From the NCBI GenBank assembly GCA_964019335.1, contig OZ025744.1, forward strand, positions 307,709-371,708: DNA of 64,000 nt, in the 5' to 3' direction. Below, piece by piece: positions 23,326 to 34,328 of this stretch. The position numbers and the translations under genes are program-made. Under the pieces are notes generated by a model, which was not told the DNA's origin, did no database searches, and saw only the letters and a list, made by a program, of their open reading frames with translations. Source of the stretch: Diplonema japonicum (lineage: Eukaryota; Protista; Euglenozoa: Diplonemea). Position 1 is the first letter of the stretch; every line of letters starts with the position of its first letter.

Positions 23326-24729
23326 TCAAAGATCGTTGATGGAACTGACGCCGAGGGCCCTGAGGTCATCCTCTGTGAAAACGCCCTGCAGCGTGTTGGT
23401 GGTAGAAGAAAAAAGCAATACCTTTGGCAGGAAGTCTTTCAACTTCACAGCGTGTTCTCTGAGCAGCTTGAGACGCTCCTGTCGGATAACGTCTTGGATC
23501 TCCGCTTCCTTTTCGGTGGCTTGCTTCGCAGCAGCCAGCTCAGACTGCCTCTCGAGTTCTCGTTGCTTCTTCCTCTCCTCAATAAGCCTCTGCACCTCCC
23601 TGTTATGCTCGGCCCTCTTTCTGTTCCGGTCCGCCTGCTTCATCTGCTCTATTCTATCGTCCTCAGCGAACTTCTCCATCATCCTCCGCCTGAATTCTAG
23701 CTCCTCCTCAGCCTCTGCCTCCTTCTTGATCATCTTCAGCTCCTTTTGGTACTCGTTCGCCTGCAACATCACTAATCTCGACCTGATATTCTTCTCCATC
23801 TCCTCGCGTGCCCTGTCCCTCTCCTTCTTCTCCACCAGCTCCATGTGGTAGTCTGCGATGAGCGCTTCCATCTCTTCCTTCCTCTGCCGCTCTGCTTGGA
23901 TGGCCTTCGACTGCGCGTCGAGCCTCTGCTGCTGCAGTGCTTCTTTCTCTTTCGCGGTGCGGAGGTTCTCTTCCTTCCTGCGCGACTGCTCTTTCATGTA
24001 TTCCACGATCTTCCTGTCCTCTTCCTTTCGCCTCTCGTCTTCCTCTTGCTTGAACGACTCGCGCTCCTTCAGGTAGTTCTCGATGTACTGCTGCGTCATC
24101 TGCTGCTTGCGGAGCTTCTCTTCCTTCTCCTTCACATCTTCGTTCTGGATTTTTGCCACCACCGCGTCCACATTGCGCTTTTCTTCAAGGAACTGCTGGT
24201 AGGCAGCCAGTCTGGCCATGTCCCTGTCGCGCATTTGTTGTTCCAGCACGCTCTTCTGGTGTGATAAGGTTTCCCTGCGGATCTGGTCTTGCTCGTGCTG
24301 TGCCTCGTCGGCTTTCTGACGAAGGGCGTCCATCTCGTAGTGGTACTTCATTGCTGTCTCCTTCTCCACAGCATCCCTTTCTTTCCCCTCCTCCACTTGT
24401 ACACTGCGCTCCTTGTTCATGTATGCAGTGTGCAACTTTCGCTCGAGCTCCCTGATCTCCGGCGCCTGTTCCCTTACCAGCTGGACCCTCTTCTCCTCTC
24501 TCAACTGCGTGGTCTTCATCTGCTCGAGCTCTGCGGCCATGTTGTGCTCCCTGTCGAGCGCTTTTTGGTAGTTCCTCCTCTCGATCTCCGCCAGTGCCAT
24601 TGCCTCCTCTCTGCTCTCCTCGTCCTTCACAGTCTTCAGCCTGTTGAGCTTTCGCATCCTGTCCACCCTGCTCTCGGAGTCGATGTACCCCTGCAGGATG
24701 TTCCCCATGCTCGACGTGTCCCGCGACAT
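23326..24729 (-). CDS. MNS1: meiosis-specific nuclear structural protein 1 (axonemal coiled coil), ~455 aa; exons 24729-23422 and 23385-23326
   Basis: EIRELERKLHTAYMNKER, MMEKFAEDDRIEQM, EHNREVQRLIEER, ERLKLLREHA. Removing the in-frame 36-nt GTATTG...CTGCAG intron (23386-23421) restores the conserved LPKGVF. Confidence 0.9.
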   Translation of the reverse strand: MSRDTSSMGNILQGYIDSESRVDRMRKLNRLKTVKDEESREEAMALAEIERRNYQKALDREHNMAAELEQMKTTQLREEKRVQLVREQAPEIRELERKLHTAYMNKERSVQVEEGKERDAVEKETAMKYHYEMDALRQKADEAQHEQDQIRRETLSHQKSVLEQQMRDRDMARLAAYQQFLEEKRNVDAVVAKIQNEDVKEKEEKLRKQQMTQQYIENYLKERESFKQEEDERRKEEDRKIVEYMKEQSRRKEENLRTAKEKEALQQQRLDAQSKAIQAERQRKEEMEALIADYHMELVEKKERDRAREEMEKNIRSRLVMLQANEYQKELKMIKKEAEAEEELEFRRRMMEKFAEDDRIEQMKQADRNRKRAEHNREVQRLIEERKKQRELERQSELAAAKQATEKEAEIQDVIRQERLKLLREHAVKLKDFLPKVLLFSSTTNTLQGVFTEDDLRALGVSSINDL

Positions 24730-24801
24730 TTTCTAGGCTGCCTGTTAGGTGGTTTTTGAAAGGTACGGCAAGGTAAAAGATTCTTGTACTACTATTAGCA
24801 A

Positions 24802-26250
24802 CTACATGGCACCGGAAGGCCCATTCACATTGTACTGTCTTGAAAACCCCATTTGTGCCTTTACCTTGGCCCGCTCCTCCGTGGCGCCTTGCCAGCTGAG
24901 CTCTCTGCCTGTCTGCATGCCAATGGATGGGGTTTGGCCTCTCTCCTGAAAACTTCGTTCTGGTGTGACATTGACATTGGCAGTAATGGTGTGGGGGTTG
25001 AGCGAGAAATCATCGAAGCAAGTAATTTGAGAGGAGGAGGCATCGGGGTGTTGAGGCGTCTGTGCACGGGTCAGTACCTTCTGTATGTCGAAGGGTGCAG
25101 GGGACACACGGCCTGACTGACGTGAGAAGGGTCCCCCAGGGTTGTGGTTGTGGGGTGGCTTCTTTATGTGGTTCTCGTACTGCAAGTCGTTCTGCTCGAG
25201 TGACGTCTTGAAGAACAGCGGGGATGCCCTGCCTTTAGTGATGGCAAAGTCGTACCCCTTCACCTTCCTCCTCCTCATCCGTTCCTCTTTGTCTCCCGCT
25301 GCAGTATCTCTCCATCCTAATTTCGCAAAGGCTGCGGCTCTTGCCTCTGCAGCGCCCCGTAGGCAGCTATCCTTCACTGCTGGCATGTTTCCCCCTCCCT
25401 GTCCCTCTGGCTGCCTGTCCTCATGCCGCCCCGCAGTGTCCCATAGCTTCACGATGTTGTAGTAGTCAGTCAGCGTGTCTACGTTGCGCAGCAGCTGCTT
25501 GTAGTCATTCAGCAGCACGGGTGTCGGGCCCCTGTCGATCTGCCCCCCTCCTTGTCCCTTCTTCTCTTGTCCCTCCCCCTCATGCTCCCCACCCGACCCC
25601 TCGTCATCCATCCCCTGCTGGTCTTCTTGCTCGCACTTCTTCCCTGGTTCTGTTCTCTGGTTGGCCCTTGCGTGTTTCTTGTGTTTGGAGCTACTTTTTT
25701 TCTGTCCCTTGAGGACAATGTACCCGTCCTGGGGTGTAGAAAAGTAGGGGGCGGTGTCACGCCCAGTAGTACGCGAGAAGGGTGGCGGGCCGCGTTTGGT
25801 CGTGAGGTACTTGCGTTCCCTCTCTTTGACTTCGGGTGGTGGTATTTGCTGCGAAAGCTTGGGCTTGAGAGGTGTGCTGCGCGGGCGGCAAAAGGTGTGC
25901 GTGATGGGCCTGGGCTTGGTGAGGGCCATCGCTGTGTCGAAGCTGTAGCTGCCGAAGGTCATGTCCTGTGGCACGGGGGATGTGCTACGTCCTGAGATGG
26001 CACGCATGTTCACAGGCGAAGTGGCCCTGCTGTGGCTGCCTTTGTTGGGTCCTAACTCATGCTGCCCTTCCTCCAATGACCTCTTCCCTGTAACTAAGTG
26101 TTCTATGGATTCATTCAGGCCCGGCTCGCTGCGTAGGTATCGACCTCTCTCAGCTCCATTGCTCATGTCAAAGACATGCTTCAAGGACCTCACCTTGCTG
26201 TTGACCTTGCTCTCCCTCTGCTGACACCACGGCCAACGATCAGTGTCCAT
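24802..26250 (-). CDS. hypothetical low-complexity protein (~482 aa) with dispersed F-x4-GR motifs
   Basis: ATG 26250 (MDTDRWPW) after a T-tract/AG. Motifs PFSRTTGR, DFAITKGR, PFSRQSGR, SIGMQTGR. Confidence 0.7.
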   Translation of the reverse strand: MDTDRWPWCQQRESKVNSKVRSLKHVFDMSNGAERGRYLRSEPGLNESIEHLVTGKRSLEEGQHELGPNKGSHSRATSPVNMRAISGRSTSPVPQDMTFGSYSFDTAMALTKPRPITHTFCRPRSTPLKPKLSQQIPPPEVKERERKYLTTKRGPPPFSRTTGRDTAPYFSTPQDGYIVLKGQKKSSSKHKKHARANQRTEPGKKCEQEDQQGMDDEGSGGEHEGEGQEKKGQGGGQIDRGPTPVLLNDYKQLLRNVDTLTDYYNIVKLWDTAGRHEDRQPEGQGGGNMPAVKDSCLRGAAEARAAAFAKLGWRDTAAGDKEERMRRRKVKGYDFAITKGRASPLFFKTSLEQNDLQYENHIKKPPHNHNPGGPFSRQSGRVSPAPFDIQKVLTRAQTPQHPDASSSQITCFDDFSLNPHTITANVNVTPERSFQERGQTPSIGMQTGRELSWQGATEERAKVKAQMGFSRQYNVNGPSGAM

Positions 26251-26985
26251 ATTCCGATCCTTTGGTATAGAAATTTTAGAAAACTGGAAAAACGAAAAGA
26301 GACAAATAAAAAAAATAATAAAAAGGGAGAAATAGACGATAAATTTTGCAGGTGCAACACACCACATCTACAGGCTGGCAGTGTCAGGGATTACTTTTTT
26401 TTTCTCTTCTTCTTCTTTTTTTTTTCTCTTTTTTTCCTCTCAGTCTGTTTTCTGATCCTTTCGTTCTTATCTTTCTTTGGGGTTTGGAATAATCACGAGA
26501 GTATTTGGCTCCTAGCATCTGGGGGTGTGGATTAGTCATGATGTAGGTCAAATAAATGATTTCCAAAAAAAAGGGGGGGGGGTGAAAGAGGGCTGATGCC
26601 AATGAAAGAAACATCCATACAACTGACGTTGGAATGAAGAAGAAGAAGTAGAGTGTAAAGCACACTAAAAGGATTGCACACGTTTTTTGACTTACCAAGT
26701 CAAAAAGAATATAAAAAAAGAAGGGAAGTGGAAATTTTTATTTCGCCCGAACACAAAAAAAGAGACAGGGAAGGTGGAGGGGTGGGAACTGAATGGAATT
26801 GGGAACTTTTTTTTTTTTTACGATTTTCCCTCTCTTTTTTCTCCCTGAGGAGGCCACACCAGCGCAAATAATATCACCTCCTTCTCTTCCTCAAGATTTC
26901 TAAAAGAGAAGAAGGTGATACTCATTGCTCCTCAAAGATAAAACCAGATGAAACAATTCTGCCAAAATAAGAAAAAAAGAATTAA

Positions 26986-27582
26986 AGGCCCCCCCCCCGA
27001 ATAATCCCTTTATTTGGGCAGTGGAGGGGGGGTGTTAGGGCTCCAAAAAAAAAGAATTATTTTTTGGAATACACTTATTTGGGTTGTACTTATTTGGGCT
27101 GGGGAGCCTGCCACATGGAAAGCAGGGAGCGGGGCTTAGAGCACTTCGGAAATCTTAACATGCCAAATCGTGGACGGGAACCCACAAACGTTGCAGACAA
27201 ACCGCCTGGTTTTGGCGTTAGGTGGTTGCTGGGAGGTTGCGGGGGTCTGAGAGGCTTGAGAAACTGTCAGGGCTTGAGAAGCTGCAAGGGCTTGGGAGGC
27301 TGCTGGAGTCTCGTCAGGTGCAGTGTCCATTGTAACACCCGACTTTTTGGTCAAAAAAGGGGTGTCATAATGGGTTAGGTAGGCTAGTACCCTGCACAGG
27401 CGTAACTGAGAAAAGCCCGTTGCACGACTACCGTGTGACCCCCCACCCCGGTCCCCCAAAAAAAAAAAGAAAGGGGGTCGGGAATTATTTGGGAAATTTG
27501 GAGCGGAAAAATCCCCGAAAAAAAAAAAGAATTATTTGGAAAAAAACACATTATTTGGGAGGGAATTATTCGGGCCCCCCCT
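26986..27582. mobile_element. non-autonomous TIR element with TTAA flanks (Kolobok-like)
   Basis: TTAA|AGGCCCCCCCCCCGAATAATCCC ... GGGAATTATTCGGGCCCCCCCT|TTAA. Internal minus-strand coding remnant with 18-bp repeats (ASQAL) and RRFVCNVCG. Confidence 0.45.
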
Positions 27583-27959
27583 TTAAAAAAAAGGGGGGTT
27601 TCATTTAGTGTATCTTAATGTTTCTTTTTTTTTTTTTTTTTTCCCTCTCCCTTTTCAAACGGGAATTGGCAAAAAAAAAAACCCCCCACAAAAAGAGGGA
27701 AAAAAAAAGAATGTGAGTTAAAGGAGGCCGGTGTTGGCGGCGCCCCCTAAAAAGAAGAAAAAAAAGAGGCAAAAGAAAATATCAGTTCATCTGGGAGTGG
27801 GAAAAACGTATTGAGGTAGCCCTTCACACAATCCATTCAATTTCCTCAAAGAAGCAAAAGAAAAAAAAAAAAAGAAGAAAAAAAAAGAAAGAACGTTGAG
27901 TTAAAACAAAATAAAGAAAATAAGAGGTAAAATCACGTTTTTTTTTTTTTTTTTCTTCT

Positions 27960-29036
27960 CTACTTCAACCTTCTCATCACAGCACGGTAGGTACCAGCAG
28001 CAGGAAACATCTCCGCAGTGTAGATGGTGTCGGTGGCCAGCACCGGAGGGGTTGACAGAACAGAATAGAGCCCAGACATGTTAACGGAAGGCTGTCCCAT
28101 TTCGCCCATGAGCTTGTTTGCTGTGTACCTCCTACCGTCCTGAACGGGTGTCCAGTGGTCGAAGTTTGTCTCTACCCGGAACCAGGCATCAGCAGTCTGG
28201 TTCAAAGACCAGATACCCTGCCCATTGGACGCAGCGTTGGCAGGCCCTGCCCTGTCGCGGGTGACAACAGCCCCCTGCCACGGCTCCGTCCCACACATGG
28301 TGTAGTAAGCAGGTGCGATCAGGAGCTGGTTTTTCATGATGTTGATACCAGCAGGGTAGGTCGCTTGTTGTTCGACACCCCTTCTGATGAAGTAGCCCAC
28401 GGTCATCCCGCCCTGCTCTGCGGCCTTGATGTTATCCTCCACATTCTCAGCCCAGTCGGTGAACCTGGTGTTTGCTTCAACAGACCAGCCGTACGGCCTC
28501 ATAGCAGTAGGGAGTCCGATGTAAGTAGCGAAGGTGGTCCCCTGGTAGACAATCTTCCCGTTTTTAACGAAGTTGACCCACACGGTGATCTCGGGAAGGC
28601 CCGGGATGTTGAAGTCTTGGTTCCGTGCGTGGATGACAGAACCGTTTGCCATCTGTGCCACGATCCCTGTGCACGCCAAGGGGCCGAACTCGTAGAAGAG
28701 GTTTGCGAGGTGGATCTTGTCGACCGTTACGTTGAGTTCCCTTGCCACCCCGTCCATCTCCCTTAGGAAGTCGAGGTCCCATGAGCCGCCCTTCAGCGTG
28801 GCGAGCCTTAGCGACTCTGCAACAGGGTACAGCACCTTCCCAGGGCCGATGAGACCCATCAGCCACGTCAAGACTACATCGATCTTCGGCTTCAGATCCG
28901 AGATGACCTTGTCCCACCTGTGTTCGGGCTTCAGGTCCAGATCAATCGTGTATTCAGGCATTGGGTATTCCGGGGAGCTTAGTCCAGAGACGCCAAGCGC
29001 CACGCAGCTTAGTAGGATAGCGATGGCGAGCTGCAT
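27960..29036 (-). CDS. acid ceramidase / N-acylethanolamine acid amidase (Ntn hydrolase), ~358 aa
   Basis: Signal peptide MQLAIAILL, YTIDLDLKPEHRW, nucleophile site ACTGIVAQ, HARNQDF, GAVVTRDR, VETNFDHW, DGRR. Confidence 0.92.
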   Translation of the reverse strand: MQLAIAILLSCVALGVSGLSSPEYPMPEYTIDLDLKPEHRWDKVISDLKPKIDVVLTWLMGLIGPGKVLYPVAESLRLATLKGGSWDLDFLREMDGVARELNVTVDKIHLANLFYEFGPLACTGIVAQMANGSVIHARNQDFNIPGLPEITVWVNFVKNGKIVYQGTTFATYIGLPTAMRPYGWSVEANTRFTDWAENVEDNIKAAEQGGMTVGYFIRRGVEQQATYPAGINIMKNQLLIAPAYYTMCGTEPWQGAVVTRDRAGPANAASNGQGIWSLNQTADAWFRVETNFDHWTPVQDGRRYTANKLMGEMGQPSVNMSGLYSVLSTPPVLATDTIYTAEMFPAAGTYRAVMRRLK

Positions 29037-29736
29037 GGTTCCTTTTTTTTTTTTTCTCTTTTTTTTCTTCTTTTTGTTGCTTTTTTTTTTCAAACAAGAA
29101 ACATAGGGGGGGAGAAAAATAAAGAGAAAACTGCTAACTCGACCCCTAGTAAGTTCGGGGGGGGGGGGATTATGCTCAATATCAAACCCCCTTAAGTTTG
29201 AGAACTCAAGGTCTATCGTAAAGTTTCAAAGTAGACCACCCTTGGTTTTCAAAGCTCAACAATATTTTCCCCATATCACAAACAAGAACCAAACCTTTTG
29301 GTGCCAGCCCATAATTTCGATGGGCGGAACACCTGGGCCTTGGGTGTGGCGATTTTGTCTGCCGACTGCTGTTGGTCGTGACAGCTCACATCGGCTACAC
29401 CCATAACCAATAATGGCGCTTCAGAGTGAAAAAAATATTTTCGGGTGGGGGGTATTATTTTTGGCCATTCCAGCCCTTAAAAGTGGGAATAAGTGCTTTA
29501 CCTCCCCTTAAAATGCCACATCGAAATAGCTATCCCATATTACCTTTTGGAAATCCCCATGACGAGGAGTGAAATAAATAGCTATTTTTAACACCCAAGT
29601 GGATCTTAGCGGCACGTGCATCGTGTACCCTGTCTGCCCTCACCTTCTGTGTAGGGTAGGCTGTACCAGGGAGAGCATGACGGTATCCTGGGTATGGGTT
29701 CGCGTGTTGAGCGTCCCCCCACCCTGTAGGCATCCA

Positions 29737-29868
29737 AAAATAATTCTTAATGACTATATGTCTTTGTTGTTCGCGTTTTTTAAAAAGCTGCGAAAGTTTT
29801 TTGCTCGGCACAAGTTGCATATAGTTATAAAATCATTTTTTGAAAGATAAATATTTGTAACAAAAAAA
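29737..29868. repeat. dispersed ~130-bp repeat (second copy 45703-45845, partial copy ~2087-2122)
   Basis: AATAATTCTTAATGACTATATGTCTTTGTTGTTCGC...GCTCGGCACAAGTTGCATATAGTTATAAAATCATTTTTTGAAAGATAAATATTTGTAACA is near-identical at both full copies. Confidence 0.85.
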
Positions 29869-30864
29869 AAATAAATAAAATCGATACATTGTGTGGGGGG
29901 TTGTAACAAAATAAATAGAAAAAAAAAAGGAAAGGAGAAGGGGGGGGTTTTTTTTTCTCTTCTTTTCTTCTATTTTTTTTGTTCCCTTCTTTTTTTCTTC
30001 TTTTTTTTTGGATAAGCACACGTCTTAGGAAGGACCTCTCTGCAGCAGGGGAGTGGTAAAGGTGAGGGGATGGGGGATAAAAAAATAAAAATAAAAATAA
30101 ATATACTCAACTTTTTATTTTATTTTTTTCTTTTTTGGTGTCATTTCAAGACCCCAGTTCTCGTTTGTTTATTTTTTTCTTCCTCTCTCTTTTTTTTTTT
30201 GTTTTTTTTTTTGTTCTTTTTTAGCTCCCTGATTAACTTCCCCTCACTTTCTTATCTTCCTCTCCCCAGATTTCTTTTTATTCCTCTCAATTTTACTTCA
30301 CTGCACTGTACTAAAACCCAAAAAAGGAAATTTGAAAAAAAAAAAATTGACCCATTTTTTTTTTTTTTTTTTTTTTTTTTCAGTGATTGAATTTCCCCAG
30401 ACACGGTGACTTGAGTAAAATCGGAGGAAGGTAATAACAAACTTTTTTTTTTTTTTTAGTTCCAAGGGAATTGGCCGCAAGGAAGAAAAAAAAAAGAAGG
30501 GAGGCGAGAATTTTTTATAAAAAAAAATGACATCTTGGGATATTCAAAAAAAAAAGGGAGAGGGGAGAGGAAGTGGGCACCAGGGGAAGAACAAAAAAAA
30601 AAGAACGAAAGGGGGAGAACGACTAAGGGAGAGAGAAAGAAACTCATTAGGTTGGTGTCCAATACAGGTTCCTTTTTTTTTTTTTTTTTTTTTTCCTCTT
30701 TCCCTTCGATGCTAACATATCAACAATATTTTCTCCCCCCCCCCTCCCTCCCTCGAGAGAAAAAAAAAGTACTAATAACCAGGTGTCACAAGGGTTCTTC
30801 TTAGAGAAGGAAAGAAGAATAAACCCCTGTGGTGACCTTTTTGTTTTCCTTTTTTTTTTTCTTC

Positions 30865-31672
30865 CTATAATTTTTTCGGAACCTCTTCAACCCCGAGAAG
30901 TGCAACATCATCCTCCCTTGGTATGTAGCCTGTCAGTTTCGTGATGACATCTTCAGTCTGCCTCCAGAAGTTGATTCTGTCAAGGACTGGGTTCAGCCAC
31001 CCGTTGGTGATACAGTATGATTGGTCATGGAGTCCCTTTTTTTTTTTTTTTTTTTTTTTTAATCCACCACACCTTGTGATGGACAGCATGGTTCTCCCTG
31101 GTCAAAACGAGGTTTGTCGACATCAATAACTTGGCGAAAGGGTGGGGTTTGATCTGGTGAGACATCTTGTGGAACTGGTTTGTGAACGAAATAAGCAAGG
31201 TCAGAATGAGGCTGTACACATGCCAGTTGTAGCTGCCGATGGTGTACAGTGCACCTTCGGGCTTGATAGGGAGGAGTGCCATCCAGCAAAGCAGAGGAAT
31301 GCACAGCATGTTGTTGTCTCCATTTGTCTCCACAAAATCGTGTTTGCACATTGCATAAGCATCCACGTGATGCTCCCTGAAGGACCTGATGAAGGTGCCG
31401 AGGACAGGTGTTTCAGTTGACCCCCATGTGTCCGCCCCCCAGTGCACCAGCCCACTCATGAAATCGGCCACGATCATTGCTGTCACGTACCCCACGACCC
31501 ACCCCAGGAGGTCGAACTCCTGCCCCGCTATTCTCACCGCGTTCCAAACCCACAGCCCTGCAAAGCTCACAAGGCAGCAATATTCAAAAACCCTCTTGGT
31601 CTGGCTGTACCCTTCCTTCAGCTTCGCAGCGTTGCGTCTGCGGTGCTCCATGGTGTCGGTCGCAGGTGCCAT
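30865..31672 (-). CDS. PEDS1: plasmanylethanolamine desaturase (TMEM189/CarF/Kua), ~256 aa; exons 31672-31073 and 31035-30865
   Basis: ADFMSGLVHWGADTWGS, FIRSFREHH, HDFVETNGDN, TNQFHKMSH, HAVHHK|GLHDQSYCITNGWLN. 37-nt intron 31036-31072. Confidence 0.93.
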
Positions 31673-32595
31673 TTGTATTGTACCTCCCTTTTTTTCTTTT
31701 TTTCTTTTTTTTTTTCTTTTTCTTGGAAAAATCTTCAAGAACTTTTTGTATGGTGTGGTCTTCTTTGCCGACCCTCGCGGGAGACTGCCTCATAATGGCG
31801 AGGACAGACGAATGAGGACCGAAAGAGGCTAACCTTTGGTATGGATGACTCAGGACAGCAGTAAGAGCACGAGGTACCAACCCATGGGTGGAGTGACGAC
31901 GAGAGCACAGCATGCTGTTGAAGTCGGACGGGCTGAAGAACTCCTCAAAAGGCATGTGGCTCTAAATTTCTTTCGAATTCCCCCCAATCTCACTCCTCCC
32001 TTTTTTTTTCTGGGCCAGCTAACTACGCTCCGTCCCCCTGACATGACAGGAAGGCTGCATGTGCATGTCATTCCCCTTTCGCATCCGTGTCGTCCAAAGG
32101 TAAAGCATGTGGTACGAGCACCTGCATTGCACACCGCACGTAAGCTCCATGTTCTCAGCTTCGCAGTAACTATGCAACTTCAAGGTAGGTGTACTGTGTA
32201 CTGTGTCCTTATGATAACTAACTTAACTTAAGACGACTCTTCTCGCACCACATCCTTCTCACTCTGCACCCCAACGAGCACGAAAGGGGAAGGGTTTTGC
32301 AAGATTAAAATATAAAAAAAAAAAGGAAAAAGAGAAGGAGAAAAAAAAAAAAGAAAGAAAAAACAACGACATCGAACAAGGTAAAGGAAAACACGCTTGT
32401 TGCTTCATTGCATTCCAAAGCTTGACAGCAGTGGAGGGCACGAAGACATATAAAAACTTAAAGAAAGAAAGAAAGAAAGAAAGAAGAGGACAGTAAACTG
32501 TCCCCCCCCCAAAAAAAATAGAAAGGGGGAATAGTAAAAAAAAAAAAGGGGGAGGAGAGACCTCAAAAAAAGTGGCCGTTTTTAGGAGAGGTCGC

Positions 32596-33637
32596 TCAGA
32601 TCTCAGAGGTGCAGGGGGACTTGTTGAGGCCGCACTCGTTGGCACCCCTCTTCACACGGATGTAACCGTTCTCGCCCCAAGACGCACCCCAGGAGTTCTT
32701 GATGATCCAGTAGTCGGCGGCGTAACCAACAATGAGGACACCGTGGTCAAGGGTGCACTGCTCGCAGCAGTTGGTGAGGATACCACCGTTGTAGGTCTGC
32801 CACTTGGTGGCGTCGACGGCGATGGAGAGGGGACCGCTGGGACCCACGAACTCGGCCATGGCCTCCTCGTTGTGTGCGATGTCCTTGTGGCCCTTGATGG
32901 TGGCACCGACAGCCTTCCCGGTAACCTCGTGGCAGAAGCCGCTGATCCCGTCACCCGAGGTGTAGGGGTACGAGGCCTCGGTCACGATCTGCCCGCTGTG
33001 AGTCTGCTGGAGCCACTTGAAGGCGTTGTCCATGAGACCACCGTTGCAGCCGTCGTCGATCTTGTCACAAGACACAAGCTCCTGCTCCGAGAGCGAGGTC
33101 AGGGTGTGCCCGGCAAGGAACCACTGGCCCTCAATCCCACCGGTGGTGGAGAATGCCCAGCAGCTGTGTTTGTTTTTTTTTTTTTTTTTTTTGTTTTTTT
33201 TTTTTAATTCTTCTTCTTCTCTTCTCTCCATACCTTCCGCACTGAGCCTGGTTCTTCACGTGGGTCACGGCACCCTTGGACCTCCAGTCCACCTCAGTGG
33301 GGATGGATACACCGGAAGGGGTGTAGGCGGGACCCTCCTTCTCCTGAACCTGGAGGTTGTGGTACACCTTGAACTCCTCGGCGGAGAGGTCCGAGAACCT
33401 GTTCACACCGAAGGTGGCTCCCTTAGTCTGCTCCTTCTCGTACTGGGCACCCTTCAGAAGGTTCTTCGTGAAGATCTGGAACCTCCTCTCCTCCTCCGAA
33501 GCGCTGTTGTAGTGCTTGTTGAAGTCGGCCTTGAAGGTCTTGAACATCATCCTCGAGTTGGAGCGGATGTAGTCCTCAGACAGACCCTGAGCACACCCTG
33601 CGAGCAGGGCAATCATGACGGCGGTACCACAACGCAT
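32596..33637 (-). CDS. cathepsin L-like cysteine protease (C1A), 323 aa; intron 33164-33233
   Basis: Signal peptide, I29 propeptide (ERRFQIFTKN, GVNRFSDL), VDWR, QCGS|CWAFS restored by a 70-nt GT-AG intron, LDHGVLIVGY, YWIIKNSWG. Confidence 0.96.
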
Positions 33638-34328
33638 TTTGTTGAGTTATGCTGTGTAGGGGGTAGGATGGGAACAAGAAAAAGAAATAACAGAAATTCG
33701 ATTTGTGACCAGACCTAAAGAACAAAAAGACTTCTTGCAGGATAAACACACCCCACTTATTTGCAGACATGGACGCAGGAAAGGGCAAGGGGCAGATTCC
33801 ACCATAGTAGTCAACGGTCAAAGGATAAACATGCAGAACCGTGAGAAGAAAAGGTAAGGCGTGTTAATAAGATACAGAACCCACTAAAACATCCGAGAAT
33901 ACTTTCTTATCCTTCCTTTTTTGTTGTGCGGTGCTCGGCAGCTTCTGGGTGGGGGAAGAAGTTAAAATTTAAACAAAAAAAAAGGGGGGGGGGAAAGTTA
34001 TCCAGCGCGTTGTATCCCTAGAAGGGAAATAATAGGAAAAATTGTTATCACTCCTTTTGTGCAAGAAAAGAAAAAGAGGTCGAAAGATGCCGTTAATTTT
34101 TTTTCTCCCAGTAACAATTTTACTCCTTTTTTTAATTTTTCATAGTTTTTTTGTAAGTTGTTGCAGCAAAACAAACAACAAAAGGGGGGAGGGGGGTGTC
34201 GAAGGGGAAACAGATAGAGAAAAGAAAGAAGGGGGGACGTAGTTAGTGCATCTGGGAACTCTTACAGGGGTTCCAAGAGGAAGAAAGAATCAGGGGGTGT
34301 GGGGGGGGGGGGCAAAAAACAAATATTT

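Noticed and set aside
6373-31672. Functional lipid or lysosomal gene cluster (CEPT and PEDS1 in plasmalogen synthesis; HGSNAT, ceramidase, cathepsin)
   Set aside because: The genes are up to 24 kb apart and interleaved with flagellar genes. Euglenozoan polycistrons are generally not grouped by function.
8470-33240. Alternative genetic code, ribosomal frameshifting on poly(A), or non-canonical introns to explain split ORFs
   Set aside because: Every break in the intact host genes is resolved by a GT-AG intron, and TAA, TAG and TGA are all used as stops.
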